Shown: piece by piece, positions 19,465 through 29,498 of the stretch
Layout of the letters: each line of letters opens with the position of its first letter
How positions within the stretch are numbered: position 1 is the stretch's first letter
From: a virus
IMG/VR virus record: IMGVR_UViG_3300010370_000028
Coordinates: 71,390-135,389 of that record
DNA: 64,000 nucleotides
Direction: 5' to 3' (one strand)
The notes under the pieces: generated by a model
The model's input: only the letters and a program-made list of their open reading frames with translations
Database searches by the model: none
What the model was told of the DNA's origin: nothing
Made by a program: the position numbers and the translations under genes

Positions 19465-22400
19465 TTAAAATCTTAATGAGTTCCAATTTGAAGGTGGTGT
19501 CCATGATGAACTATGAGTTACTTTTTCATGTATATAGTCAAGATATAATTCCTGTCTTGTAGAATATGTAAAATTGCCCCAAGCAAATCCTAATTTTTTT
19601 GAAGCTCCAAGAGTATGCAAAGTGTTTACATTTGTCCATGTATTATATGGAGCTTGTGAAAGATTTATATCACCACTACTATATAATACAACATTGTCTC
19701 TTTTAATAATAATATTAATATAATTTGTGCCACTAATGTTTTGATATTTATATGTAATATTAATCCACTTATTTAAATATGGCGCAAAATCAAACCCAGT
19801 GTCTACATAATTTACATTGCTTAATGTAGTTGTAAATGTAAACGGAGTAGCGCCTGTACTTGAGTGTGCTGCAATATATAAATTAGTATTACCAAATAAA
19901 CCTGGACTGTATAATAATCCTCCTCTTAGAGCTTGATCACCACCACCAGTTCCACCCCAAGGAACTGGACCAATTTTAAAATATTGTTGAGTGCCAGAGG
20001 CTGTGTTTAACATAAATCTAAATGTTATTTCAGTACCTGAGATAAGATCTGAGTTTAAGCAACGGGCTAAACCGAAATGTAGCGCTTGGTTACTTGCAGT
20101 TGGACCTCTAACCAACAACGCTCCATTCCATGTATATCTATCATTGCCAGTAAATCCGCCACCAGGACTAATAGTATTTCCAAATAATTGTGATGGAGCT
20201 AAAGTAGGAGTCCCAGACGCTGTTCCAAAATTTAAAAGTCCTGCTGAAACAGCATCAAGATACTTATCAAAATCTTCAAATTGTTCTGTTGTGTGTAAAA
20301 GCGTGTCAGTCGTAACTGGATTTTTTTCTAAATATCTAACATCACCAATTACTTTTGTAATTATACTACCATCACCACCATTAAGTGTTTGGTTGGGTAT
20401 AGTGTTTTGATCACCGTATAATATAGCGTCATCTTGAATTATAACTGTACCGTTTACTTCAAGAGCAGCTATTGGTGTAACTGTTCCAATACCAACTCTA
20501 TTACTACTGCTATCGACAAATAAAACATTTGTATCTACTGCAAGATTACCAGTTGTATTTATATCACCTTGAATATTAACATTTCCAGTTACATTAATTC
20601 CAGTGGCAAATGTTTTAACTCCACTTATTACTTGAGAACTTGTCAGGCTTACATATCTCTCATCAGCTATACCAGTTGTTAAGAATGAGCCTGTTGATGA
20701 AGTAGTAACATAATTTGATAAATCTACGCCAGTTATATAACCGCTTGGATTATTTGCTGCATAAAAATTACCAGTTTGTGAATTAGTAATAAAGTTACCA
20801 GTTTCTGATTTTAAAACATAATCTCCTGTCACACTGTTTAGTGTAGTAATTTGTACTTGTAAACTTCCACTTATTCCAGTCACTTGTTCATAAGCGGCAA
20901 TAGTATTCAAGATGCTTAAATCACTAGCTCTAGTTCCAATACCAAATTTAAATTTATCAGAATGATCAAATCCAATAATTGCGCCAGAATCATTTATTCC
21001 AGTAAGTCCAGAACCAGTAACAAAGAAAATACCACCATCAACTGCTCCACCAGTTAAGTTGAGCATTATATAATTACTAGCAATATTTGTATTAGTTGTA
21101 TTAACTATTGTTTCAAGACCTGTAACATATAAATTATTAATGTACACCCTATCATGGAAAGTTTTATCTCCAAGGATTGTTTCTGCGCCAGTTGTATTTA
21201 CATATCTAGACTCAGATTCATCTTTTGTATAGTAATTGCCAGAAAATGATAGATCAACTCCAGTAATATAGCCAGAAGGATTAGAGTTTAGATAAAAAGA
21301 ACCTGTTTGATTATTAAGGGTAGTAATTTGGGTCTGTAATTCACCACTTATTCCTGTTACATAAGTTTGAGTAGCGTATGAAGAAAGATCTATGCCTGTT
21401 ATAAATCCACTTGGATTTGAATTAGAGTAAAATTGACCAGTTTCATTTTTATTAACATAATCATTTAAAACTCCAGTGCTTAAAGATTCACCTTCTAATA
21501 AAACTCCCGTTCCACTTACAGTTGGGCGGGTAGTAAAATTTTTCACACCACTAATAGTTTGTGGTCCAGATGTTAATACGAATGCGGCAGAAGAACCAAC
21601 GTCTGGTATAGTATATGTGCGATTTGCATTAATTGACGGAACATGAATAAATATTGAATTACCACCATCACCAGTTTTTAATGCAATTTGGTTTAAATCT
21701 AACCTTATAATTGGACCACTATCAAAAGTTTTTTGGCCACTAATTATTTGATTTCCAGTTATAAAAACAGCATTTCCAGTAATATAACCAGAAGGATTTG
21801 TTCTTGGATAAAATTGACCCGTCTCTGAAATTAAAACAACGCCAGTTGTACTTACTGTTGGACGAACATTAAAATTCTTGGTCCCACTTATAGTTTGATT
21901 CCCAGTTGTGAAAACAACATTGGTTAAATTACTACCAAATTGACCTGTTTCTGAAGTTAAAATGACACCAGTCCCATTGACTGTCGGACGAGTAGTAAAA
22001 TTTTTAGTTCCATTTATTGTTTGATCTGCAATTGTATAAACAACATTACTTAATCCAGTGATATAACCAGAAGGGTTACTTCTTGGATAAAATTGACCCG
22101 TCTCTGAAACTAAAACAACACCAATTGTGCTTACTGTTGGACGAACATTAAAATTTTTAGTTCCACTTATTGTTTGGTTTCCAGTTGTGAAAACAACATT
22201 AGTTAAATTAACTCCCGTTATAAATCCAGAAGGATTTGAACTAGCATAAAATTGACCAGTTTGACTATTAGTAATAAACTCGCCAGTTTGATTATTAGTA
22301 ACGAAATTGCCAGTTTGACTATTAGTAATAAAATTACCAGTTTCAGTTGGTCTGACAACATTACCAGTTATTAAATTTAAATATTCGCTAGAAGTAAGGT

Positions 22401-22719
22401 GATAAAATTGATTTTCAGATCCGCCTTGTAAACCAACTAATAAATTATGATCAATTTGATCATTACCACCATTAATATGAGTGGCCGCATGTGGAACTAA
22501 ATCTCCAGCACTTATATCAAAACTATTTTCATCAGTTCCAATATTAACTATTGTTGAAGTTGATGAAACCTCAGATCCAATAAAATCACCATCATTAATT
22601 CCAATGTCAATATTTGTTGAAGTTGGAGAAACTATTGACTCAATAGAAGTACCATTATTAACCCCAATATCAATATTTGTCGAAGTTGATGTTGTTACAG
22701 ATATACTTGTATCACTCAT
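19465..22719 (-). CDS. Tail fibre / repeat-rich virion protein
   Basis: Repeats TGNQTISGTKNF, NPSG(F/Y)ITG, TGNFITNSQ; RVGIGT-like motif; beta-rich C-terminal domain. Confidence 0.75.
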   Translation of the reverse strand: MSDTSISVTTSTSTNIDIGVNNGTSIESIVSPTSTNIDIGINDGDFIGSEVSSTSTIVNIGTDENSFDISAGDLVPHAATHINGGNDQIDHNLLVGLQGGSENQFYHLTSSEYLNLITGNVVRPTETGNFITNSQTGNFVTNNQTGEFITNSQTGQFYASSNPSGFITGVNLTNVVFTTGNQTISGTKNFNVRPTVSTIGVVLVSETGQFYPRSNPSGYITGLSNVVYTIADQTINGTKNFTTRPTVNGTGVILTSETGQFGSNLTNVVFTTGNQTISGTKNFNVRPTVSTTGVVLISETGQFYPRTNPSGYITGNAVFITGNQIISGQKTFDSGPIIRLDLNQIALKTGDGGNSIFIHVPSINANRTYTIPDVGSSAAFVLTSGPQTISGVKNFTTRPTVSGTGVLLEGESLSTGVLNDYVNKNETGQFYSNSNPSGFITGIDLSSYATQTYVTGISGELQTQITTLNNQTGSFYLNSNPSGYITGVDLSFSGNYYTKDESESRYVNTTGAETILGDKTFHDRVYINNLYVTGLETIVNTTNTNIASNYIMLNLTGGAVDGGIFFVTGSGLTGINDSGAIIGFDHSDKFKFGIGTRASDLSILNTIAAYEQVTGISGSLQVQITTLNSVTGDYVLKSETGNFITNSQTGNFYAANNPSGYITGVDLSNYVTTSSTGSFLTTGIADERYVSLTSSQVISGVKTFATGINVTGNVNIQGDINTTGNLAVDTNVLFVDSSSNRVGIGTVTPIAALEVNGTVIIQDDAILYGDQNTIPNQTLNGGDGSIITKVIGDVRYLEKNPVTTDTLLHTTEQFEDFDKYLDAVSAGLLNFGTASGTPTLAPSQLFGNTISPGGGFTGNDRYTWNGALLVRGPTASNQALHFGLARCLNSDLISGTEITFRFMLNTASGTQQYFKIGPVPWGGTGGGDQALRGGLLYSPGLFGNTNLYIAAHSSTGATPFTFTTTLSNVNYVDTGFDFAPYLNKWINITYKYQNISGTNYINIIIKRDNVVLYSSGDINLSQAPYNTWTNVNTLHTLGASKKLGFAWGNFTYSTRQELYLDYIHEKVTHSSSWTPPSNWNSLRF
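21782..22210. repeat. ~150-bp imperfect direct repeat inside the tail fibre gene
   Basis: ATATAACCAGAAGG...GTTAAATTA at ~21782-21931 and ~22061-22210 (offset 279 nt = 93 codons). Confidence 0.8.
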
Positions 22720-23048
22720 TTTGTAGAGTTTTTAATTATATAAACTGGACCTTCCAATAATTTATCTGGACACTGCCCAGATTTATCTGCATATAAATCC
22801 CAATAAGATGGAGCTAAATCAAGATTTTGTGTTTGAGTTCCATTTAAACTAATTTTTGCAATACCACCAGTTATATTTACAATTTCTGTATTAAAAACAG
22901 CTTGAAGTGCATCATCAAAATTTCTACGTATTTGCCCTGTAAGGGTAACTCCACTTAAATTATATATTCCGCCATTTTGTCTAATGGTAAGGGTTAAGTC
23001 GTAACAAGCCCTTTGTTCAATAGTTATCCCAGTATATGCAGCACTCAT
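22716..23048 (-). CDS. Virion adaptor protein (BppU-N-like)
   Basis: ITIEQ..YDL, YNLSG..LTGQIR, YWDL, LLEGPV pattern; upstream of the tail fibre. Confidence 0.6.
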   Translation of the reverse strand: MSAAYTGITIEQRACYDLTLTIRQNGGIYNLSGVTLTGQIRRNFDDALQAVFNTEIVNITGGIAKISLNGTQTQNLDLAPSYWDLYADKSGQCPDKLLEGPVYIIKNSTK

Positions 23049-23057
23049 CAAAGATTA

Positions 23058-23465
23058 TTACACCCAATCCACCTCTTCTGGAAGATATTTACACGTGAGT
23101 TCTTCTCCTATTTTTATATTTCTTACAGCAAAATAGGTATCAGTATTTAAATCATGATATAAATTAGGCTCTTCTGAGTGATTTACATAGTAAGATGGAT
23201 TAATTTTATTAATTGGGCAATCTATCCAAAAACCATGATCGTTATGATTGCACATTTGTTTGATATAACCAATAATCTCCTCATCTATATTATCTACCTC
23301 AAGCCATTGGATAAATTGGTTTGTATTTGTTGCAAATACAATGTCTTCTTTTTCAATATTTGTAATCGCAAAAACCCCTACGCCAGCCCCATTAATTTTA
23401 CTTGGAGCTAGTTTTACAATGGTTTTATCAAAGAGTTCCTGTAATATTTGTTTTTTGAGGTTCAT
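23058..23465 (-). CDS. SET-domain protein (putative lysine methyltransferase)
   Basis: SKINGAGVGVFA, YVNHSEEPN, RNIKIGEELTCKY. Confidence 0.88.
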   Translation of the reverse strand: MNLKKQILQELFDKTIVKLAPSKINGAGVGVFAITNIEKEDIVFATNTNQFIQWLEVDNIDEEIIGYIKQMCNHNDHGFWIDCPINKINPSYYVNHSEEPNLYHDLNTDTYFAVRNIKIGEELTCKYLPEEVDWV

Positions 23466-24081
23466 TGGTAAATTCTGTCATATAACTATAATCTGTATAT
23501 TGTACTCTTTTATTTTCAACACTATATACAGTTAAATCTATTTTATATCCTGGATTTTTATCAATTGAAGTGTCAACCCAAGCGTCATCATGCCATATAA
23601 TTCTATTATTTGGGTAAGCATAAAAGTTGCCATTATCCATTTTAAATAGATGAGCGCATTTATGTTCTGGGGTTTCTGAGAAATTTGTATCAAGTATAGC
23701 TTTATTTTCCCAACCCCAATCTAAAGTAAACATATATTCACCCCATTCCTTTTGGCCCTTTGGATTGATGAGTTTAGCCTTTAATCCTTTCAACCTTGTT
23801 CTAACCTGAACATCAACATATGGGCTGAAACAATCCCAATACATTGCGTGTTCAAGTGGTACTGGATCACATTCTTTCCAGCAGAATGCTGTAATTGGGC
23901 GGCGAGTCCAATTTACGCCATTTGTTAAAAAAGCTTCAAAAAGTGGTACTCTTTTTTCAATTGAGGCTACTGAATGAACATCGCAAGGAGTATATTCACC
24001 ATGCCCCTTTTCATGATTAAAAAGATACTCGTTTCTTATTAAACAAGTAATAGTAGGAATATTGTGATTAAGATAGGACAC
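23428..24081 (-). CDS. Conserved hypothetical phage protein
   Basis: SYLNHNIP...HGE...WDCFS...PEHK...PNNR; likely GTG start at 24081, 8 nt after GTGTAA. Confidence 0.7.
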   Translation of the reverse strand: MSYLNHNIPTITCLIRNEYLFNHEKGHGEYTPCDVHSVASIEKRVPLFEAFLTNGVNWTRRPITAFCWKECDPVPLEHAMYWDCFSPYVDVQVRTRLKGLKAKLINPKGQKEWGEYMFTLDWGWENKAILDTNFSETPEHKCAHLFKMDNGNFYAYPNNRIIWHDDAWVDTSIDKNPGYKIDLTVYSVENKRVQYTDYSYMTEFTNEPQKTNITGTL

Positions 24082-24134
24082 TATTAATTTTACACAAAAA
24101 AACAATAGAAATCTAATTTTTAGTTATTAGTATC

Positions 24135-24614
24135 ATGCATATGTTTACGCTATATAAGCCAAATTCTAAAAATACTGGATGCGCCTTTTCATTTAAAATT
24201 GGAACTCATGGTAAAGATAAAGAACCCTGCATTTATGTAAATGCAATCCAACAACATTCTTGGAATGAAAAAACAAAAAATGGTTCATTCTCTGAAAATG
24301 CTAAAAATCCAGATAAAACAATTACTTTTAAATTAAATGAAGTCGAGGCTGCTGGTTTAATTTATGCTGTTTCTGAATATGTCGAATATAAGGCATTTCA
24401 TTCCTATGAAGATAATAAAACAACTATTAGCTTCAAACCATATACAAAACAAGATGGAACTAAAGCATTCTCTCTTAGTGTTGTAAAAAACTCAGCACTT
24501 AAATTTGGCATGGGATTTGAAATGTCTGAAGCTTATCTTCTCAAATCTTTTTGTGAAAAGATTCTTAATGAACTATTTGAATATCGTATTAGCAGTCAAA
24601 AACAAAACAACTAA
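24135..24614 (+). CDS. Putative Whirly-like ssDNA-binding protein
   Basis: Duplicated beta4-helix pattern resembling plant WHY proteins (FKLNEVEAAGLI, FH, DGTKAFSLSV, SEAYLL). Confidence 0.55.
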   Translation: MHMFTLYKPNSKNTGCAFSFKIGTHGKDKEPCIYVNAIQQHSWNEKTKNGSFSENAKNPDKTITFKLNEVEAAGLIYAVSEYVEYKAFHSYEDNKTTISFKPYTKQDGTKAFSLSVVKNSALKFGMGFEMSEAYLLKSFCEKILNELFEYRISSQKQNN

Positions 24615-24616
24615 TC

Positions 24617-26506
24617 ATGCGCAAAAAAACAATATTAATTCATAGCAATTTTTGTCGAGCCTTTACTGGTTTTGGTAAAAATAAAAAAAATATTTTACGA
24701 TATCTATTTAAAACAGGCAAGTATAATATTGTTGAATTAGCCAATGGAATGCACTGGAATGATCCAGTTACACAATTTGTTCCTTGGAAATGTTATGGAT
24801 CGTTACCCGATCAACAAAAGCTATCTCAAATTACAGATCCTACTCAACAACGAGCGGCGGGTTATGGAGCTGAAATGATTGATCATGCAATCAAAGAAAT
24901 TAAACCCGATATCTATCTAGGAATTGAAGATATTTGGGCGTTTCAAGGTTTTTATAATAAACCGTGGTGGAATAAAATTAATTCTATGGTTTGGACTACT
25001 CTTGATAGTCTTCCGATTCTAACTGAAGCAGTTGACTCCGCACCAAAGATTAAACATTATTATGTTTGGGCTTCATTTGCAGAAAAAGCAATGAAAGAAA
25101 TGGGTTATGATCATGTAAAAACTTTACGTGGCAGTTTAGAAACAGAAACATTTTATAAGTTTGATGAAATTAAAAGAAAAGTTTTGAGGCAAAGTCATGG
25201 ATTAAGTAATGAATTTATTATTGGTTTTGTTTTTAGAAATCAATTAAGAAAAAGTGTTCCAAATATTTTAGATGGATTTAAACTTTTTAAACAAGACGTA
25301 CCTAACGCTAAACTTCTTTTACATACCCACTGGTCTGAAGGTTGGGATATTCCAAGACTTTTAGAAGAAAAAGAAATTAATCCAAATGATATTCTTACTA
25401 CTTATTTTTGTAAAGCGTGTGAATCTTATGAAATTAGACCGTTCACTGGTCAAGAACAGAATTGTAGAAAATGTGGTTCTGAAAAAACAGTTAATACAAC
25501 TAATATTGGACACGGAGTTTCAGAAGAGCAATTGAATGAAATTTACAATTTAATGGATGTATATTGTCATCCATTTACCAGTGGTGGACAAGAAATCCCA
25601 ATTCAAGAAGCCAAACTAACAGAATTGATTACGCTTGTAACAGATTATTCTTGTGGCGAAGATTATTGTAATGAAGATAGTGGTGGCTTACCATTAAGTT
25701 GGGCTGAATATAGAGAACCTGGAACTCAATTCATTAAAGCTTCAACTTATCCAGAAAGCATTCATCAACAACTTCTTAAAGTATATAATATGAACCAAGA
25801 AGAAAAAGAATCTTGGGGTAAAAAAGCAAGACAGTTTGTTATTGATAATTGCTCTGTAGAAGTAATTGGTGGCGAGCTTGAAAAAATATTTGATTCAATG
25901 CCCGAAGTTGATTTTGATTTTGATTTTGATGGTCCATCTAGAAATCCAAATTACTCTCCACAGAAACAATTTAACGATCCATTTGAATTTGTTATTGATT
26001 TGTATGTAAATATTTTACATGAAAAAGCTGATAAGAATAATTCTGGCGTAAAACATTGGGTGAAAATGTTACAGGGTGGATTAAAGCCAGATGATCTTAT
26101 TAAACATTTTCAAAATGTAGCAAAACAAACAATGTCTCAAAAGCCGATTGACTTTGCTGATGTTTTAGATAAAGATGACGAAGGTAAAAGAATTGCTGTT
26201 GTAGTCCCACAGTCTGAAACTGATGTTCTTTTAATTAACGGATTAGTCAAGAACTTAAAAAAACTATACCCGCAACATAATATTTATATCATAACTCAAC
26301 CGCAATATTTTGAATATATTGAAGATAATGTTAATATACATAAGTGTGTCGCTTATGCACAATCAATTGATAATCCAATGGTGCTAGAAGGTGCTGGACA
26401 ACATAAAGGATATTTCGATCTAGCATTCTTCCCAACATACAATACTCAAAGACATTTAAATTACATTCATAACGGTAAAGATAAAACACAATTCACATTA
26501 GCATGA
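24617..26506 (+). CDS. Multidomain GT4 glycosyltransferase with Zn-ribbon insert
   Basis: TGFG, RNQLRK, CKAC...CRKC, YNLMDVYCHP..GGQEIPIQEA; C-terminal GT9-like fragment. Confidence 0.8.
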   Translation: MRKKTILIHSNFCRAFTGFGKNKKNILRYLFKTGKYNIVELANGMHWNDPVTQFVPWKCYGSLPDQQKLSQITDPTQQRAAGYGAEMIDHAIKEIKPDIYLGIEDIWAFQGFYNKPWWNKINSMVWTTLDSLPILTEAVDSAPKIKHYYVWASFAEKAMKEMGYDHVKTLRGSLETETFYKFDEIKRKVLRQSHGLSNEFIIGFVFRNQLRKSVPNILDGFKLFKQDVPNAKLLLHTHWSEGWDIPRLLEEKEINPNDILTTYFCKACESYEIRPFTGQEQNCRKCGSEKTVNTTNIGHGVSEEQLNEIYNLMDVYCHPFTSGGQEIPIQEAKLTELITLVTDYSCGEDYCNEDSGGLPLSWAEYREPGTQFIKASTYPESIHQQLLKVYNMNQEEKESWGKKARQFVIDNCSVEVIGGELEKIFDSMPEVDFDFDFDGPSRNPNYSPQKQFNDPFEFVIDLYVNILHEKADKNNSGVKHWVKMLQGGLKPDDLIKHFQNVAKQTMSQKPIDFADVLDKDDEGKRIAVVVPQSETDVLLINGLVKNLKKLYPQHNIYIITQPQYFEYIEDNVNIHKCVAYAQSIDNPMVLEGAGQHKGYFDLAFFPTYNTQRHLNYIHNGKDKTQFTLA

Positions 26507-27669
26507 GTCATTTAGTAGAAGAATACGCAAAAAATCTTGGTGTTAAAATTGCAAAACCAACTGTAGCAAAACACTTTTATCCATTATTAGCTGATAAATA
26601 TATTACTATTTATTGTGAATCCACCATTGAATCTAAAAAATATTATTATTTTAATATTGTTATTGATTTAATTAAAAACTCTTTAAATAAATTTGGTATT
26701 AAAATTGTACAGCTTGGGGCTAAAGAAAATGGAATTATACCCAATGTTGATGTTTGTTACGGTGATTTAACTTTTAAGCAAAATGCTTATATTTTATCAA
26801 AGTCTTTATTGCATATTGGTGTAGATAATGTTTTTTCCCATTATGTTAGTAGTTTAAATATTCCATTAATTTCTATTTTTGGTAATATATACCCAGAAGT
26901 TTCAGATGGGTTCTGGTCCTCAAAAGATAGAAAAGTTAATATTAAATCTCCTTGGTCTGAAAAACCATGTTTAAATTTAGTTGATCCAGAGAATTCAATA
27001 AATAAAATTAAACCAGAACTTATTGCTCAATCAATTTTAGATCAATTAAAAATAAATGGTAAAGTAAATATCAAAACAAGACATATCGGAAATTCTTTTA
27101 AAGATAAAATAATGGAAGTTGTTCCGAACTTTTTTCAACCATATCAAGAACTTAAAGACCAAATAATTTATTTAAGACTTGATTATGGTTTTGATGCTAA
27201 TTATTTTATGCAATGGTGTCAATGGTGCAATGTATCAATTTTTACTGATAAAATTATTCCATTAGAAATTATAAATAAAATTTACCCCAAAATTAAAAAT
27301 CTATCTTTTATTTTAAATAAAGAAAATAATTTAGATGATTTCTATATTAGAAATTTAAAGTCTAAAAAAATAAATTTTCAAATTTTAGTTAAAGAAGAAG
27401 ATCAAGTAGCTGAAATTCAAGAAAAATATTTTGAAGTTCAAGTCCGTCCATATAAAACTCTTAAAAAAGAAGATATGAATGACGAATTTTTGAATATTAA
27501 AAATACTTTTTTCACATCTGGTAAAACTATTTTATCCAATGGTAAGAGATACCCAAGTAAGCATCATTGGCAAAAAGATGAAAATATTATTGACAAAAAT
27601 CTAAATATAGTGGAAGATGATGTCTTCTACGAAGAATTAAACCATTATTTTATTTATGAGCGAATCTAA
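26503..27669 (+). CDS. GT9 (heptosyltransferase-like) protein
   Basis: IVQLG, LHIGVDNVFSH, IPLISIFG, INKIKPE. Confidence 0.7.
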   Translation: MSHLVEEYAKNLGVKIAKPTVAKHFYPLLADKYITIYCESTIESKKYYYFNIVIDLIKNSLNKFGIKIVQLGAKENGIIPNVDVCYGDLTFKQNAYILSKSLLHIGVDNVFSHYVSSLNIPLISIFGNIYPEVSDGFWSSKDRKVNIKSPWSEKPCLNLVDPENSINKIKPELIAQSILDQLKINGKVNIKTRHIGNSFKDKIMEVVPNFFQPYQELKDQIIYLRLDYGFDANYFMQWCQWCNVSIFTDKIIPLEIINKIYPKIKNLSFILNKENNLDDFYIRNLKSKKINFQILVKEEDQVAEIQEKYFEVQVRPYKTLKKEDMNDEFLNIKNTFFTSGKTILSNGKRYPSKHHWQKDENIIDKNLNIVEDDVFYEELNHYFIYERI

Positions 27670-28417
27670 AAAAACAACTCCATTTGGGAAATATAAGCGT
27701 AATCAACACGGACTTCTCGATGGAGTTAATTATGAATTTAATGAAGATGGCTCAATTAATTGGAGGGCTATGATTAAGCCTGAATTCCTTTATCCAAATA
27801 AAGATTGGTTTGAGGGTAGGAGGCAGCAAGTTCCAACTTCTATTGAAGGCTTAAATGATAAGCAGTTGCTTATTATGTTGGGCGGTATTAAAGAGCTTGC
27901 GAAATTACGTGGATTTAACAATGTATCATATACGATTTCTCACATTAGCGAAGATTATGTTGTAGCAAAATGCCAAATCTCTTGGATTGGAAATTATGAA
28001 ACAGATGATAGAGTTATTATTTTTGAGGATGTAGCTAATGCAACCGCTGATAATACTGATGATTTCTGTATTAAATTCCTAGAGACAATTGCATGTAATC
28101 GTGCATTTGTCCGTTGTGTGCGTAACTTTTTGAATATTCATATTGTTGGTGCAGATGAGATTGATAAATCAAAGAATAGGGTTATTGATCTTGGAGACGT
28201 GCTTGTGTCTACAGCAATTCCAGTTACTCCACAAGGAGCTTTAGAAAAAGCTGTAAATGAAAAACTTAAAATTAATTCTTTCGAAGATTTTAAAGAATAT
28301 CTTAGAACTTTATGGATTTCTGAAAAATATAGAAATGAAGAAGCTAAAAATTGGAATTCATTTAAAGACGTTCCAGCTAAAGAATCTAGAATATTATTAA
28401 AGATTATTAATTCATAA
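27656..28417 (+). CDS. Putative ssDNA-annealing protein (Rad52/Sak-like)
   Basis: GGIKELAKLRG and ETIACNRAFVRCVRNFLNI...ADEI resemble Rad52-like annealase motifs. Confidence 0.45.
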   Translation: MSESKKTTPFGKYKRNQHGLLDGVNYEFNEDGSINWRAMIKPEFLYPNKDWFEGRRQQVPTSIEGLNDKQLLIMLGGIKELAKLRGFNNVSYTISHISEDYVVAKCQISWIGNYETDDRVIIFEDVANATADNTDDFCIKFLETIACNRAFVRCVRNFLNIHIVGADEIDKSKNRVIDLGDVLVSTAIPVTPQGALEKAVNEKLKINSFEDFKEYLRTLWISEKYRNEEAKNWNSFKDVPAKESRILLKIINS

Positions 28418-28418
28418 A

Positions 28419-29498
28419 ATGAATTTTAAAAATTTATTAAAAAATAGATTTTATATTTACCCCGCAAAAGAATTTATTATTGAGGGTGAGAGCTTTAATA
28501 TTGTTGAAAATATTTTAAAAAACGCTGAATTTTCTTGTGATTTGGAAAATAATATTGAGTTTTTAGATTCAAACTATGATTATGATGTTTTTAAATTTTC
28601 AATTTCCGAAAGAAGCTTTATTTTAAAATATTCATTAAATGATCCCAGTGATTTATTGAAAAATGAATTTAACTTAATTTCAGATATTGAAAGTGACTTA
28701 ATTCAAAAACCATATAAAAATAATACTTTTAAATATGGTGATTATATTTCTTATTCAATTTACTCATTTGAAGAGGAGCCTTCTTTTAAAGAAACTGGGT
28801 ATTCAAATTTTCTAAAAAATTTAGATGTATTTTATAACTGTTTTTCAACTTATAATAAAAAATCAATTTCGAAACTTAATATAGATGATTATATAATTAA
28901 TTTTTTGAATAATCATAAAATAGAAAATTTAACAATCCACGAAATAGAAACTATTAAAAATACACTAGATTTAGATTTAATAAATTCTTTTTTAAATAAT
29001 ATAAAAGCCGAAATAAAGTATTATTTATCTCAAGTAAAAAATAACAATAAGTCATTATGTCACGGCAACTTAATTGCTTCTAATATTTTAGATGGCGGTG
29101 AATATTTTAAATTTATTAATTTTATTAATGCTTTTAATTCACATGAGTATTATGATCTTTGTGATGCATTTTTTAATTTTAAACTCCCTATCTCTTTTGA
29201 AAGAGATTATTTTTTCAACTTCTTAAAATTTAAAGGAAGTAAATTTGAATTGGAGGAGTGGGAATTATATAAAAACTATTATAATATAATAATAAGAAAA
29301 AAATTAATTGAATATATATTTGCTTTAATTTATGAAAAATATGTATTATTTTTTAATAGACCAATTAAAATATATTCCACAGTAAATGATTTTAGTTTAA
29401 GTTTAGATCATTTTCTCAAAGTACCAGAATTTAAGAAAAATTATAAATATATTGCTGACCTATTCTCTTCGTTAATTTTAGAAAATGAATCAAATTAA
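28419..29498 (+). CDS. APH/choline-kinase-fold protein, catalytic Asp residues replaced
   Basis: FILK, LCHGNL..SNIL, FINF, YDL. Confidence 0.65.
   Translation: MNFKNLLKNRFYIYPAKEFIIEGESFNIVENILKNAEFSCDLENNIEFLDSNYDYDVFKFSISERSFILKYSLNDPSDLLKNEFNLISDIESDLIQKPYKNNTFKYGDYISYSIYSFEEEPSFKETGYSNFLKNLDVFYNCFSTYNKKSISKLNIDDYIINFLNNHKIENLTIHEIETIKNTLDLDLINSFLNNIKAEIKYYLSQVKNNNKSLCHGNLIASNILDGGEYFKFINFINAFNSHEYYDLCDAFFNFKLPISFERDYFFNFLKFKGSKFELEEWELYKNYYNIIIRKKLIEYIFALIYEKYVLFFNRPIKIYSTVNDFSLSLDHFLKVPEFKKNYKYIADLFSSLILENESN

Noticed and set aside
19991-20410. Antisense ORFs inside long genes (this one and e.g. 9344-9667, 40840-41115)
   Set aside because: Shadow frames from codon bias, with no motifs or promoters
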